From Candidatus Nomurabacteria bacterium (GTDB lineage Bacteria; Patescibacteriota; Minisyncoccia; Phycocordibacterales; UBA9973), in assembly GCA_025361085.1 (NCBI GenBank), contig JANYAX010000036.1, positions 7,208-71,207 on the forward strand: a DNA stretch of 64,000 bases. The letters run 5' to 3'. The notes beneath the pieces were generated by a model, which was given only the letters and a program-made list of their open reading frames with translations, was not told the origin of the DNA and did no database searches. The position numbers were made by a program, and so were the translations under genes. How positions within the stretch are numbered: the stretch's first letter is position 1; each line of letters opens with the position of its first letter. Positions 37,870-47,989 of this stretch are shown here, in pieces.

Positions 37870-38100
37870 ATGAAATTAGAAATAACATTTTACGCCGACA
37901 CATTCAGACATACTGAAATAGAGATAGACGATATTATTGACAAACAACTTCCACTATGTAGCTGCAATCTTATAAGCATGGGAGATCACTACTGCCAAAG
38001 AGGAAAAATGATACAAAACTGGTTGGCAGAAAAAATGCATGAACAATTTTATTATACAGGGAAAATTATGTTAATAACTGGTAAAAAAATAAACATATGA
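37870..38100 (+). CDS. Hypothetical phage protein
   Basis: 76 aa ORF in tightly packed + strand array. Confidence 0.3.
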   Translation: MKLEITFYADTFRHTEIEIDDIIDKQLPLCSCNLISMGDHYCQRGKMIQNWLAEKMHEQFYYTGKIMLITGKKINI

Positions 38101-38297
38101 CCAACAAAACAAAAAGACAAATGATTGAGGAAACAAATCAATTCTTGCGTGATAGGTCTTGGGATTTTAGAGTCAGCAGCTTATCCGGTGCAATACGAGT
38201 AAAGAGAACATTGTCGTTTAAGTTGTGGGCGTTAAGGAAAGCATGGGATGAATTAATGGTCGTGATTATAAACGCATTTAAGAATCTAAAAAAATGA
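38097..38297 (+). CDS. Hypothetical phage protein
   Basis: 66 aa, overlapping starts/stops with neighbours. Confidence 0.3.
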   Translation: MTNKTKRQMIEETNQFLRDRSWDFRVSSLSGAIRVKRTLSFKLWALRKAWDELMVVIINAFKNLKK

Positions 38298-38719
38298 CAA
38301 GACTAGAAATCATATTTGAGTTAGCAAAGTATTGTCCATCAGTGATCTACCAAAAGATACTCCACTGGCCGACAGAAGAATTGAATCTACTCCTAGAAAT
38401 ATATAAAAACGATTCAAGAAATCTAGAGACATTACTAAATATATTTAAGAGGTTAGATAAGGTCTTTGAAAAAATAGAAAAAGAAACACCAAAAGAGTTT
38501 GAACTATTTGAAATATCGTTGGTGCCAGTAGACAAAACAAGTGGCTACAAAATGGACTTATGGAGTTATTTATCAGAATTTTTTGGAGGCACATCTGTAT
38601 CAATCCCCAAGCACTGCAAACTTTGTGGAATAGAGAGAAAAGGTACTTTTATAACTGGCTATTACTTCGATTGTGAATGGATGCATAACATTGATGAATT
38701 AATAAAATCATGCAAGTAA
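38294..38719 (+). CDS. Hypothetical phage protein with C-terminal Cys/His cluster
   Basis: 141 aa; HCKLCG..CEWMH. Confidence 0.3.
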   Translation: MTRLEIIFELAKYCPSVIYQKILHWPTEELNLLLEIYKNDSRNLETLLNIFKRLDKVFEKIEKETPKEFELFEISLVPVDKTSGYKMDLWSYLSEFFGGTSVSIPKHCKLCGIERKGTFITGYYFDCEWMHNIDELIKSCK

Positions 38720-39105
38720 TTAATTTCACAGTCTCCGGCAATCAAGAAGATCCAAAAGGAAACCCTCTCGGCTACCACAGGACCACACAGAAAGCGAAAT
38801 GGGCACCATCACATCAACGATATGAGAAATGGAAAGGCCACGTCATACAAGCATTCAATCGCACCGGATACAGAGATAATAAAAATCTAAATGTAAAACC
38901 TATCGCAATATCGAAAGAACATCCGGCCAGAGTAGACATAGACATCGAATACGCAAACGAGATACGGCCAGATAATGACAATGTTCTAAAGGGGGTATTA
39001 GATGCATTGTTTGTGAATGATAAATTCGTTATGGCAGGAAGTTTCAAATCATTAATAGCACCCGATAGAGTCGGTCGGGTTAAGGTAAAAGTGACACTTT
39101 ATTAA
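38710..39105 (+). CDS. rusA: RusA-like Holliday junction resolvase
   Basis: 131 aa; RPDNDNVLKGVLDALFVN matches the RusA catalytic D-x-DN..K..DAL block. Confidence 0.55.
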   Translation: MQVINFTVSGNQEDPKGNPLGYHRTTQKAKWAPSHQRYEKWKGHVIQAFNRTGYRDNKNLNVKPIAISKEHPARVDIDIEYANEIRPDNDNVLKGVLDALFVNDKFVMAGSFKSLIAPDRVGRVKVKVTLY

Positions 39106-39394
39106 GATGGAAGAAATGGAATTGATTAATGCTTATTGTTTCGGATTGATAAAAAGAGCAAAAGAAACAGAAGCACAAAAAATGACAATCACGCAGGAAA
39201 ATGTGAAGTATCTAGATGAGGAATTAGGAGACTGGAAAATCACAGTTGAAAAAATAAATAATTAATAATAACCGAGGATCATCTCTACCAACCAAACCGA
39301 TACCACTCCGCAAGGAGAGTTATAAAGTTACCGCTTGATTTGTGCCATTATTTCGACCAATGGCAGGGGGACCAAGCAGAAAGGACATCGGTGA

Positions 39395-39793
39395 TTGGTA
39401 AAGGTGATTCTCAAAAAACAAAAACCAATGAATACACATAAACAAAAAATGCTTAATGAGTTAGATGAAGAATTATTCCGTTTGAAGTTTAATATCGCAC
39501 ACGATGCTCCATATGTAACGGAACTTGAATCACTAAAGCAAGTTAAGGTAAAAGAATCAGAAGAAGCCAGAGCAGAGATTGATACGATGAATGCTGTAAC
39601 TGGTCCTGCAGGTAAGAAGAAAGAACACAGAGATACATTAAAAATAAAATTGTCTGCCTATGGAAAACTTATCAATGCTATCAAAGACTACGATACAACC
39701 ATCGGTCAACTTAAAGGAAAGATTGAAGTAGCAGAAAACAAAGTTGAAATAACTAAGAAGAAAATAGAATTCTTAACTGCATACGAGGGATAA
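39395..39793 (+). CDS. Hypothetical coiled-coil phage protein
   Basis: 132 aa; start possibly at internal Met (39428). Confidence 0.3.
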   Translation: MVKVILKKQKPMNTHKQKMLNELDEELFRLKFNIAHDAPYVTELESLKQVKVKESEEARAEIDTMNAVTGPAGKKKEHRDTLKIKLSAYGKLINAIKDYDTTIGQLKGKIEVAENKVEITKKKIEFLTAYEG

Positions 39794-39800
39794 ATAAACG

Positions 39801-40454
39801 ATGGCAAAATACTCAGATGAAAAAAGAATAGAACACAAGGAATTAGTCAAAGACGCTCTGGTCCAAAAACCCAGAGCTTCCTTGCGTGAACTTTCTATAC
39901 TGATTGATAAAAATGTCGGCCAGAAATTTGACCCTCATTACATTTTAAAAATTGTCTCTGAGGTAAGAGATGAGAGACGAAAGCGATATTCAGATGATCC
40001 AGAAGTGCAGGAAAGAATCGCAGAGATGGAGGACAAGATGAGAAGATTGCAAGAAGAGATGTGGAAAATTGTTCTTGATGAATCGGTTTACTTGACTGGT
40101 TCAGAAATAGGACATCCAAAGACATCGAACTCATCGAAGATTAAAGCTGCACTCGCTATTATAAAATCTGAAAAAGATTTACTCGAAGCGCAGATGGATG
40201 CAGGAGTCTTTGAAAGAAAACTGGGAACGATTGATGTTGATGCAGATGCCGGAGAATATCAACCAATCTTAAATGCAATGTTTAATCTTGGAATGATTAA
40301 AGACAATGTGCCGAGCGCGAAATATGTTGAAGCAAAAGAAGTGAAAACAAAACAAATCAATGGACCAACTACTACAAAAAAACAATCCAATACTTCAAAA
40401 GGCAGTGATGGAAAGAAACTTCCGTCGAAATCTCGTAAAGGAGGGAGGGCTTAA
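39801..40454 (+). CDS. Putative terminase small subunit (HTH N-terminus)
   Basis: 217 aa directly upstream of and overlapping terminase large subunit; assignment mainly positional. Confidence 0.4.
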   Translation: MAKYSDEKRIEHKELVKDALVQKPRASLRELSILIDKNVGQKFDPHYILKIVSEVRDERRKRYSDDPEVQERIAEMEDKMRRLQEEMWKIVLDESVYLTGSEIGHPKTSNSSKIKAALAIIKSEKDLLEAQMDAGVFERKLGTIDVDADAGEYQPILNAMFNLGMIKDNVPSAKYVEAKEVKTKQINGPTTTKKQSNTSKGSDGKKLPSKSRKGGRA

Positions 40455-41793
40455 AGGATTCTGCGCTGCTTATCTTCCACACTATTTCACACTTCCACAG
40501 GCAGACTTCCATCCGGAACTAATACATGATCTAGATGATTGGAGCGAAGAGAATCAATATCTTGCTAGAGAGGGATTCAGAGGATCTGCTAAAAGCTCTC
40601 TCGCTGTTACTGCTCTCATTCTCTATGCCGCACTTGAAGATAAAACAAAATTTATTATTCCAATCAACGAAACAGATGATGTTGTTAAGCTAACCATTGC
40701 CGGACTTCGTGAAGAGCTAGAAAGAAATCAGAATATAAAAAAAGACTATGGCGATTTAATTAAAAAAAATGCATCACGACAAACTGCTTTCAATGAAAAA
40801 AATATCGTGCTTCAAAATGGATGTCGTGTTATGGGCCGTTCACGTGGTCAAAAGATTCGTGGATTAAAACATAATCAGCATCGTGTTGGGCTAGTAGTAG
40901 CAGACGACATCGAAGAAGCCGAGAGAGTAGCTAAAAAAGAATATCGAGATAAAACAGAGAGATGGCTACGAGGTACTGTCATCCCTGCAATCGAAGAGGG
41001 AAAGGGTCGCTTAGTTGTTTTAGGAAATAAACTTCACACTGATGCGATTATGGAAAGATTGAAGAAGATTCCTATTTTTAAATACCGAGAATATCCACTG
41101 ATTGACCCTATAACGAACGAATGCACATGGAAAGGGAAATACCCTACTCAAGAGAGTTTAGATCGTCAGAGGGCGAAAGTAGGCGAGGCAATGTGGCAAA
41201 GAGAGTATCTCCTCAAAGTATTACCACCAGAGGGACAAGATGTAAAAGCAGATTGGATCCAATACTACGATGATATTCCAGTAGAGGCAGAGGTAGGATT
41301 ACATGGGACTGGTGTTGACCTTGCTATCAGTCAGAAAGAAACAGCAGACTATACGACGATGGTATCCGGTGTCACTGCGATGATTAATGATCTGCCAAAG
41401 ATTTATATTAAGCCATTCCCAATCAATGCTCATCTTACATTCCACGAAACGATAGAGACGGCCAAGAACATGGCACAACTTAACCCTTTATCAATTTTCT
41501 TTGTTGAACAAGTCGCCTATCAGTTAGCAGCAATTCAAGAAATGGAAAGACAGATGATTCCAGTTGTACCAATGCAAGCCGGTGGAGACAAGAGAGCAAG
41601 ACTTCGTGCAATCGCAATTTACATTCAGAATGGGACAATCCAATTCCCTAGATATGGATGTGAAGATTTAATCACACAACTTCTAGGTTTCGGAATTGAA
41701 TCACATGATGACCTAGTAGATGCATTCGTTTATTTAATTCTGGGACTGGTCCAGCAGAATATGCAAAACCCAGAGGTTAGAGGACTATTTTAA
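40360..41793 (+). CDS. terL: Terminase large subunit (start likely at Met17, nt 40408)
   Basis: 477 aa; ATPase N-domain (GSAKSS P-loop-like, VVADDIEE Walker B-like) and RNaseH-like nuclease C-domain. Confidence 0.75.
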   Translation: MDQLLQKNNPILQKAVMERNFRRNLVKEGGLKGFCAAYLPHYFTLPQADFHPELIHDLDDWSEENQYLAREGFRGSAKSSLAVTALILYAALEDKTKFIIPINETDDVVKLTIAGLREELERNQNIKKDYGDLIKKNASRQTAFNEKNIVLQNGCRVMGRSRGQKIRGLKHNQHRVGLVVADDIEEAERVAKKEYRDKTERWLRGTVIPAIEEGKGRLVVLGNKLHTDAIMERLKKIPIFKYREYPLIDPITNECTWKGKYPTQESLDRQRAKVGEAMWQREYLLKVLPPEGQDVKADWIQYYDDIPVEAEVGLHGTGVDLAISQKETADYTTMVSGVTAMINDLPKIYIKPFPINAHLTFHETIETAKNMAQLNPLSIFFVEQVAYQLAAIQEMERQMIPVVPMQAGGDKRARLRAIAIYIQNGTIQFPRYGCEDLITQLLGFGIESHDDLVDAFVYLILGLVQQNMQNPEVRGLF

Positions 41794-41796
41794 AAT

Positions 41797-41988
41797 ATGC
41801 TACCTATCAACCATCTAAGCCCACAGTGGCAAAAATTAATAAGGGAAATTGTAGGAGCTGCACCAAAGCTAGATTTTGCAGACATTGTCATCAAAGTGCA
41901 AAATAAACAACCGGCAATTACAGAGTACACAATCAAACGAAAGCCAGAGAATATCGATGCTCTCACAGTGACAGGATTGTTTGATTAA
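41797..41988 (+). CDS. Hypothetical small phage protein
   Basis: 63 aa ORF, 4 nt after terL. Confidence 0.3.
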   Translation: MLPINHLSPQWQKLIREIVGAAPKLDFADIVIKVQNKQPAITEYTIKRKPENIDALTVTGLFD

Positions 41989-42100
41989 TCTGTGGATGGT
42001 TTGTGTTGATGGTGGAAAGCAAATATACTTATATTATAAATTTTAATATTACTCGCCTGAGCGAACAACGCAGGGCCATACTTCAATCGAAAGATGAAAA

Positions 42101-44311
42101 GTGTGGCCCTGTTTTTTTATAAAAATGTCAATCATTGATAAAGCATTAAACGCAATAGGTCTCACTAAAAAAGCAAATGCTGACATACCGTTATCATCCG
42201 GAGTCTCACAAAGTGGGTTCGGACTTTTTAATTTATCGGGAACAAAAATATCAGCTGCTAAAGCAATGGGTGCATATAACGCATGGACCTATGCTTGTGT
42301 TCGTGCTATTGCAGAAGAACTCGCAAAGACACATTTTAAATTATACAAAGTCAAAAAAGATAAAGATAAAAATATCTATGAAGAAATAAGCGAACATCCA
42401 ATCCTAGATTTGCTTGATGGAGTCAATCCATATCAAACAGGATATGAACTTAAATATTTAACTGGTAGTCATCTAGAACTAACAGGAAACTCTTATTGGT
42501 TACTTGATGGAGTAACTGACGAAAAGAGTCAGCCAAAAGCACTCTACATTTTAAATCCAAAATACATCAAAGTTATACCTGCTCCACTACCAGAATTTAT
42601 CAAAGGATATTCTTATATTGTTGATGGAGTTGAAAAGACATATAAACCTTACGAGATTCTACATCACAAATACCCAGACCCAAATAATCCTTATGAGGGT
42701 ATTGGAACTGTTCAAGCAATCGCAGAATGGATTGATGCCGATAATGCAGCAACAACAATGAACGGAAAATATTTCACTAATGGCGCTCGTCTTGGTGGAA
42801 TCATTACTGCAGAGACTGCAATAACTGACGGACAAATGAAAGTTATGCGTTCATCTTTTGAGAGTTTATACAAAGGAAAAAATAATGCATACCAAGTTGG
42901 CATTTTACCAAAGGGAGCAAAGTATGAAGAGACATCCGCTACTCCAAAAGATATGGACTTCTCAACACTTCAACAAGTGATGAGAGATAAAATCCTTGGA
43001 GCATTTAGAGTACCCAAAACAATTCTCGGAACTGCCGAGAGTGAAACAAATCGCGCCACAGCTGAGACAGCTAATTATATTTTCTCAGAGCGCACCATTA
43101 AACCAAAGCTAGAACAGATCGTGCAGTACCTCAACGAATTCCTTGTACCACGATACGGCGACGATCTCGTTCTAGACTTTGAATCTCCAACACCTGCAGA
43201 CAGAGTCGCACTTATGGCAGAACTTACCGCAGCACTTGGAACAGGCCAAGCATCAATGAGTGTAAACGAAGCACGCGCACAATTCTTTGACTTACCTCCA
43301 ATTTCAAACGGAGATGAAGTCATGACATCTTTTAATTCTGTACCACTCGGAGCACCAGAGAAAAAAGAAAATACATCTATCTCGTCAAAGGGAACTACAA
43401 AGAGACCATCAGTCCGTTACGCAAAAAATGCAAAGGCAAGAAAATCTATGGCCACAGATATTGCAGAAAGAATCGCAAAAGGAATTGATGATATTCAAAC
43501 AAAGGAAAAAGAAATCAAAGAAACATCTTTAAATAAAATTAAGTCTTTAACAAAAGAGGATTATAGCGTTATGTATAAAGCCTTTTTTAACCGCGTTACT
43601 CCATACGAAAAACTTATTGCAACTGCCGTACGCAAAATGAATAAGGACCAGAAAGAAGAAGTGTTAAAAAATTTAGGAGATAACTCAAAAGCAAATATTA
43701 AATCTCCTGTCCTTGATACAGCAAAGTATGTATCCGTCTTAATTGATTTAGTCACTCCAATATTTACAGATTTATTCAGTAAAGAAGCAGACAGTGCAGC
43801 AAAGTTTATCGGTACAACATTCACACTTTCAAAACCGGTCCAAGATGCAATCAAAAGAAGTGCCGAGCTTATGTCTCAAAGTTATAACGAAACGACAGTC
43901 GCAGACATTACAGCAGTTATATCACAGGCACAACTAGAGGGAGCAAGTCTTGACCAAGTCTCAGACAGAATCTCACAAATTTATGAAGTAGCCGATGGAA
44001 TGAGAGCTGACAGAGTAGCAAGGACAGAAACATTCAGAGTTGGAAATGATGCCACGAAAGAAGCATGGAAACAGTCAGAAGTAGTTAAAACAATCAAATG
44101 GTATACGGCAGAGGATGAAGCAGTTTGTCCTTACTGTGGACCAGAAGATGGAAAAGTTATCGATATTGAAAGCGACTTCTACTCAAAGGGCGACACAGTG
44201 GTCGGAAGTGATGGCCAAGAACTCGCAATTGACTATTCAGACGTTGGAGCGCCTCCCTTACATGTTAACTGTCGATGTTACATAAGACCAGAGGATATAA
44301 GCACTGATTAA
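42101..44311 (+). CDS. Portal protein fused to a Mu F-like (SPP1 gp7-family) minor head protein domain
   Basis: 736 aa; N-terminal portal-like region; C-terminal RVARTETFRVGNDATKEAW..CPYCGP matches the Phage_Mu_F motif. Confidence 0.7.
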   Translation: MWPCFFIKMSIIDKALNAIGLTKKANADIPLSSGVSQSGFGLFNLSGTKISAAKAMGAYNAWTYACVRAIAEELAKTHFKLYKVKKDKDKNIYEEISEHPILDLLDGVNPYQTGYELKYLTGSHLELTGNSYWLLDGVTDEKSQPKALYILNPKYIKVIPAPLPEFIKGYSYIVDGVEKTYKPYEILHHKYPDPNNPYEGIGTVQAIAEWIDADNAATTMNGKYFTNGARLGGIITAETAITDGQMKVMRSSFESLYKGKNNAYQVGILPKGAKYEETSATPKDMDFSTLQQVMRDKILGAFRVPKTILGTAESETNRATAETANYIFSERTIKPKLEQIVQYLNEFLVPRYGDDLVLDFESPTPADRVALMAELTAALGTGQASMSVNEARAQFFDLPPISNGDEVMTSFNSVPLGAPEKKENTSISSKGTTKRPSVRYAKNAKARKSMATDIAERIAKGIDDIQTKEKEIKETSLNKIKSLTKEDYSVMYKAFFNRVTPYEKLIATAVRKMNKDQKEEVLKNLGDNSKANIKSPVLDTAKYVSVLIDLVTPIFTDLFSKEADSAAKFIGTTFTLSKPVQDAIKRSAELMSQSYNETTVADITAVISQAQLEGASLDQVSDRISQIYEVADGMRADRVARTETFRVGNDATKEAWKQSEVVKTIKWYTAEDEAVCPYCGPEDGKVIDIESDFYSKGDTVVGSDGQELAIDYSDVGAPPLHVNCRCYIRPEDISTD

Positions 44312-44336
44312 AAATAAAAATAATAAACAAAATCAA

Positions 44337-45512
44337 ATGGAGCAATATAAAAAATTAACCGAAGAGATAGCAGCAAAGATTGCAGAGAGTCTAGCAACTG
44401 ATGCAATCGCTGATTCAATCAAATCAACGAAAGCCTCAGAAGACACTGGGACTTTCAATGTTGTTATTTCAAACTCAACAAAAGATAGACAAGGGGAAAT
44501 CGTAGATCAAAACGGATGGGATTTAACAAATTACAAAAACAATCCAGTCGTTCTATGGGCGCACAATTACTCAACCTTACCCGTTGGAGTATGTGACAGC
44601 ATCGAAGTAATCAATGGTGAACTTACTGCAAAAGGTAGATTCGCTCCTCATGCATTCGCTCAAGATGTTCGCAAATTATATGAAGCAGGAATGTTACCAG
44701 CAACATCTGTCGGATTTATCGCAAAAGAGATGGAGGGAAATAAAATTTTAAAAGCAGAACTTCTAGAATTTTCATTCGTACCGGTCCCTGCAAATCCTGC
44801 TGTTAGAGACTTAGCAAAAACTCTTAACCTTAATCTTGAAGAAATGATCACCAAAGGAATTTTTACAAAATCAGAAACAGAAGATGAGATAGTAGAAACT
44901 CCCGAAGAAAAGAAAGACGAAGAGACAATTGAAATACCAGAAGAAAAAGGAGCCGTTCTAGATGCTCTTGATGAACAGGACCAGAGAGAAGCAAAGTGGG
45001 AAAACCTAGACGAAGTATTTGAAATATTTAACGCATTCTTAGATACATACTTAGATGAAAATACTCCTGCCGACCAATTCTCAACATTACTAACTGAGAC
45101 AGCACAACTGCTCGCAGACTTTGCAAAGAATCCAGTAGACGATGATGTTGCAGGAAAAATGTTGAAAGCAAAATCAAAAATTAAAACTTCTTTATTTGAG
45201 AAATTAATGTCTCAGCAAGTAGAGAAATCCGGAAAAGTATTGTCTGCTAAAAACGCAGAAATAATCAAATCAGCAATCGATGGCATGAAAGCCGCGTCCG
45301 TAACCTTAGAGGAGCTACTCACTGCTTCCGAGGGTGACGGGGAGAGTAAATCGCAAGAGATACCCTCCGAAAAAGATAATGGGTCGATAAAGGTAGCAGG
45401 ACAAAACGAAATTGTCGAAGCTTTGAAAATAAGCAACGATAGCCGACAGGTCTTGAAACTTATTGCAACCGTAGTGGGTAAATCATTAGAAAACTTTAAT
45501 AAGAAAAAATAA
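44337..45512 (+). CDS. Prohead protease (HK97 gp4-like, S78) fused to coiled-coil scaffold domain
   Basis: 391 aa; protease block VVLWAHNY..GELTAKGRF..SVGF; acidic coiled-coil C-terminal half. Confidence 0.65.
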   Translation: MEQYKKLTEEIAAKIAESLATDAIADSIKSTKASEDTGTFNVVISNSTKDRQGEIVDQNGWDLTNYKNNPVVLWAHNYSTLPVGVCDSIEVINGELTAKGRFAPHAFAQDVRKLYEAGMLPATSVGFIAKEMEGNKILKAELLEFSFVPVPANPAVRDLAKTLNLNLEEMITKGIFTKSETEDEIVETPEEKKDEETIEIPEEKGAVLDALDEQDQREAKWENLDEVFEIFNAFLDTYLDENTPADQFSTLLTETAQLLADFAKNPVDDDVAGKMLKAKSKIKTSLFEKLMSQQVEKSGKVLSAKNAEIIKSAIDGMKAASVTLEELLTASEGDGESKSQEIPSEKDNGSIKVAGQNEIVEALKISNDSRQVLKLIATVVGKSLENFNKKK

Positions 45513-45521
45513 TTTAAACCA

Positions 45522-46709
45522 ATGAACAAAGAAACTTTAGATCAAATCAAATCAATGCTCGGCGAAACAGTCGAGTCAGTGATGGAAGCAAAACTTGCTG
45601 AGGCAGTATCTCCAATGGTAGCTTCACAAGTTAAAAGCATTGTAGACGGCCTTAAAATGGAACGTGCAATGTTCGGTAAAGACAAGACAGGATTATCAGA
45701 TGAACAAAAATCAATGTTTGTAGACACTGTTAAAGTGGCTGCAAAGATTGGTAAGACAAAGGCTAACGAAGCTTTAATTGAAGAAACAGATAACCGCGGA
45801 GGTTACCTTGTTGCTGTTGAAGTAGAAAAGGCAATTCTTAGAATTGCTGCATCAGTTGGTCTTATTCTTTCACAGGCTCAGATGTGGCCTATGGGTACCG
45901 ATAAAAAAGGTATTCCTAATTACACCGGTGCATTCCTAGAGGGCGAATTCCTAGGAGTAGATGCAGCAGGTGTACCAACAGGATTAACTTTTGGTCAAGC
46001 AATTCTTGATACTCAGAAGTGGCAACTTGCATTCATTCTCGGAAACGACTTGATTGCAGATTCCGACATCCAATTAGCAGACTGGTTACTTGCTCTTGCT
46101 GCTGAATCAATAGCAAACATGACAGATAAGCAAGGATTTATCGGCTCTGGCGCTCCATTTAACGGAATACTACCACACGCAAGTGCAACAGTAGTAACTC
46201 TTGCAACAACAAAGACAAGCTTCGATAAGTTTGATGTTGTCGCAGATGCTGCAACAGTTATTGCAAATCTTGAAGAGTCATTACTCGATGGTGCTGCTTG
46301 GTATATGTCTAGAACTGTCTGGGCATCTCTACGTACACAGAAAGATACTGGTGGAAACTTCATCTTGCCACAAGCAGGAGCTGCATCCGCAGGAGTCTTA
46401 TCTCAAAACCCAACTGGGGGTGGTGTAAAAATCGCAGGAGAAATCGGTGGATTCCCAGTATTCACATCTCGTCACTTACCTGCATTGTCAGCAACTGCAA
46501 TCTCAACTAAATATATTATTTTTGGAAACATGAAGTGTTTAGCGTTCGGAGATAAAGGCTCAATGACAGTGTCTCAATTTGAGTCCGGTGCATTCGGTGG
46601 AAAAGAAATTGCATTGTCTGATCAACGCGCTCTAGTCTACAAGAAACGTTTTGCATTAGTCGTTGCATTACCTGCTGGCTTCGTTGTTGTTAGAACATCA
46701 GCGTCTTAA
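45522..46709 (+). CDS. Major capsid protein, HK97 fold
   Basis: 395 aa; position after protease/scaffold; N-terminal delta-like coiled region then capsid-like domain. Confidence 0.7.
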   Translation: MNKETLDQIKSMLGETVESVMEAKLAEAVSPMVASQVKSIVDGLKMERAMFGKDKTGLSDEQKSMFVDTVKVAAKIGKTKANEALIEETDNRGGYLVAVEVEKAILRIAASVGLILSQAQMWPMGTDKKGIPNYTGAFLEGEFLGVDAAGVPTGLTFGQAILDTQKWQLAFILGNDLIADSDIQLADWLLALAAESIANMTDKQGFIGSGAPFNGILPHASATVVTLATTKTSFDKFDVVADAATVIANLEESLLDGAAWYMSRTVWASLRTQKDTGGNFILPQAGAASAGVLSQNPTGGGVKIAGEIGGFPVFTSRHLPALSATAISTKYIIFGNMKCLAFGDKGSMTVSQFESGAFGGKEIALSDQRALVYKKRFALVVALPAGFVVVRTSAS

Positions 46710-46732
46710 TCTTAACTTAGAAATTTTAATTT

Positions 46733-46924
46733 ATGAGTAAAGAATTAAACAAGTACACAGTACTTAAACCAATCGGAGTCTATGGAGAACGCTACGAGAA
46801 AGGTGCTGAGGTAAAACTCACATCTGACGAAGCGGAGAACATCGGCGACGAATATGTGAAGCTCTCGAAAGGTGAAACTACTGACGAAGTAGCAACAACT
46901 AAGAAAGCAAACAAAAAGGCCTAA
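46733..46924 (+). CDS. Small head-associated protein
   Basis: 63 aa ORF between capsid and connector genes. Confidence 0.3.
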   Translation: MSKELNKYTVLKPIGVYGERYEKGAEVKLTSDEAENIGDEYVKLSKGETTDEVATTKKANKKA

Positions 46925-46947
46925 GTCTCGGCTCTGCTCCCAAGCAA

Positions 46948-47613
46948 TTGGGAGCAGGAACGGGGACTTATAAAATATCCTCGAAAAATATTATGCCTAC
47001 ACCACAAGAAACAATAGTATCGTATGCACTTACAACAGTGCAGAGAGTAAAAGATAGACTCGTAATAGACAACACAAATTTTGATGTGTTATTTGCTCGT
47101 TTAATAAGCTCTGTAACTGATTTTATTGAGAGTCAATGTGACATACATTTTAAAGAAACAGTTTATACCAACGAAGCATACTCCGTTTTAAATCATCAAA
47201 AAGAACTCATTTTAAAAAATATACCAGTAAGCGAAGTTACATCATTTCAATATCGAGCAGGGGTCAAATCTAATCCTTGTTGGACCGATTATCAAATTGA
47301 TTCATGGGAGCTCCTACCGGATGAGGGAATCATCTACGTCCATGGTGGGATGGTTGCGGGGATTAACACAGCACAGGTCACTTATAAAGCCGGATACAAG
47401 ATTGATTTTGCAAATGCAGGGACATCAACTCATACACTACCAGCCGATCTATCAGAATTATGCGAGAGATTGGTAATCAGAACATTCAAGCGTCGAGATG
47501 CAGAGGGAAAAGAATCAGAAGCATTTGATAGGTCGACAATTAAATTCTTAACGGATCTAACCGAAGAGGACAAATCAATAATAAATAAATACTCTAGAGT
47601 TACGTTCAGATAA
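46948..47613 (+). CDS. Head-tail connector (gp6-like)
   Basis: 221 aa, positional. Confidence 0.4.
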   Translation: MGAGTGTYKISSKNIMPTPQETIVSYALTTVQRVKDRLVIDNTNFDVLFARLISSVTDFIESQCDIHFKETVYTNEAYSVLNHQKELILKNIPVSEVTSFQYRAGVKSNPCWTDYQIDSWELLPDEGIIYVHGGMVAGINTAQVTYKAGYKIDFANAGTSTHTLPADLSELCERLVIRTFKRRDAEGKESEAFDRSTIKFLTDLTEEDKSIINKYSRVTFR

Positions 47614-47616
47614 AAA

Positions 47617-47985
47617 ATGATAGAAATTAATGTCGAAATTAAAAACCTAAACACACTTACAGATAGATTTAAAAGGTATCCGGAGATAAGCACACCAATA
47701 CTTCAAAAGGCAGTTAATGCGGCATCGGTCTATCTAGGAAAGTATTCAGTCAGAGGGGTTGTGCCTTGGAAATCAGGAAATCTAATGCACTCGTTCAGAT
47801 TAAACATTGGAGACTTGCAAGCAGAATGGACACCGACCGCATATTACGCAATTTTTGTAAACAACGGGACGATAAAACAGAGAGCAAATCCATTTATGCA
47901 AAGAGTAAGAGACTTAGCTAAACCGGAAATAGATAAAGTGTTTGAAAATGCTTTGGAGAAGATAACAAAAGAAATAATGCAATAA
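47617..47985 (+). CDS. HK97 gp10-like tail component
   Basis: 122 aa; N-terminus resembles the HK97 gp10 family. Confidence 0.45.
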   Translation: MIEINVEIKNLNTLTDRFKRYPEISTPILQKAVNAASVYLGKYSVRGVVPWKSGNLMHSFRLNIGDLQAEWTPTAYYAIFVNNGTIKQRANPFMQRVRDLAKPEIDKVFENALEKITKEIMQ

Positions 47986-47989
47986 ATAT

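Noticed and set aside
40360-40454. terL start at 40360, overlapping terS by 95 nt
   Set aside because: An internal Met at 40408 gives a more typical overlap. The track coordinates were kept in the feature but the long overlap is probably not real.
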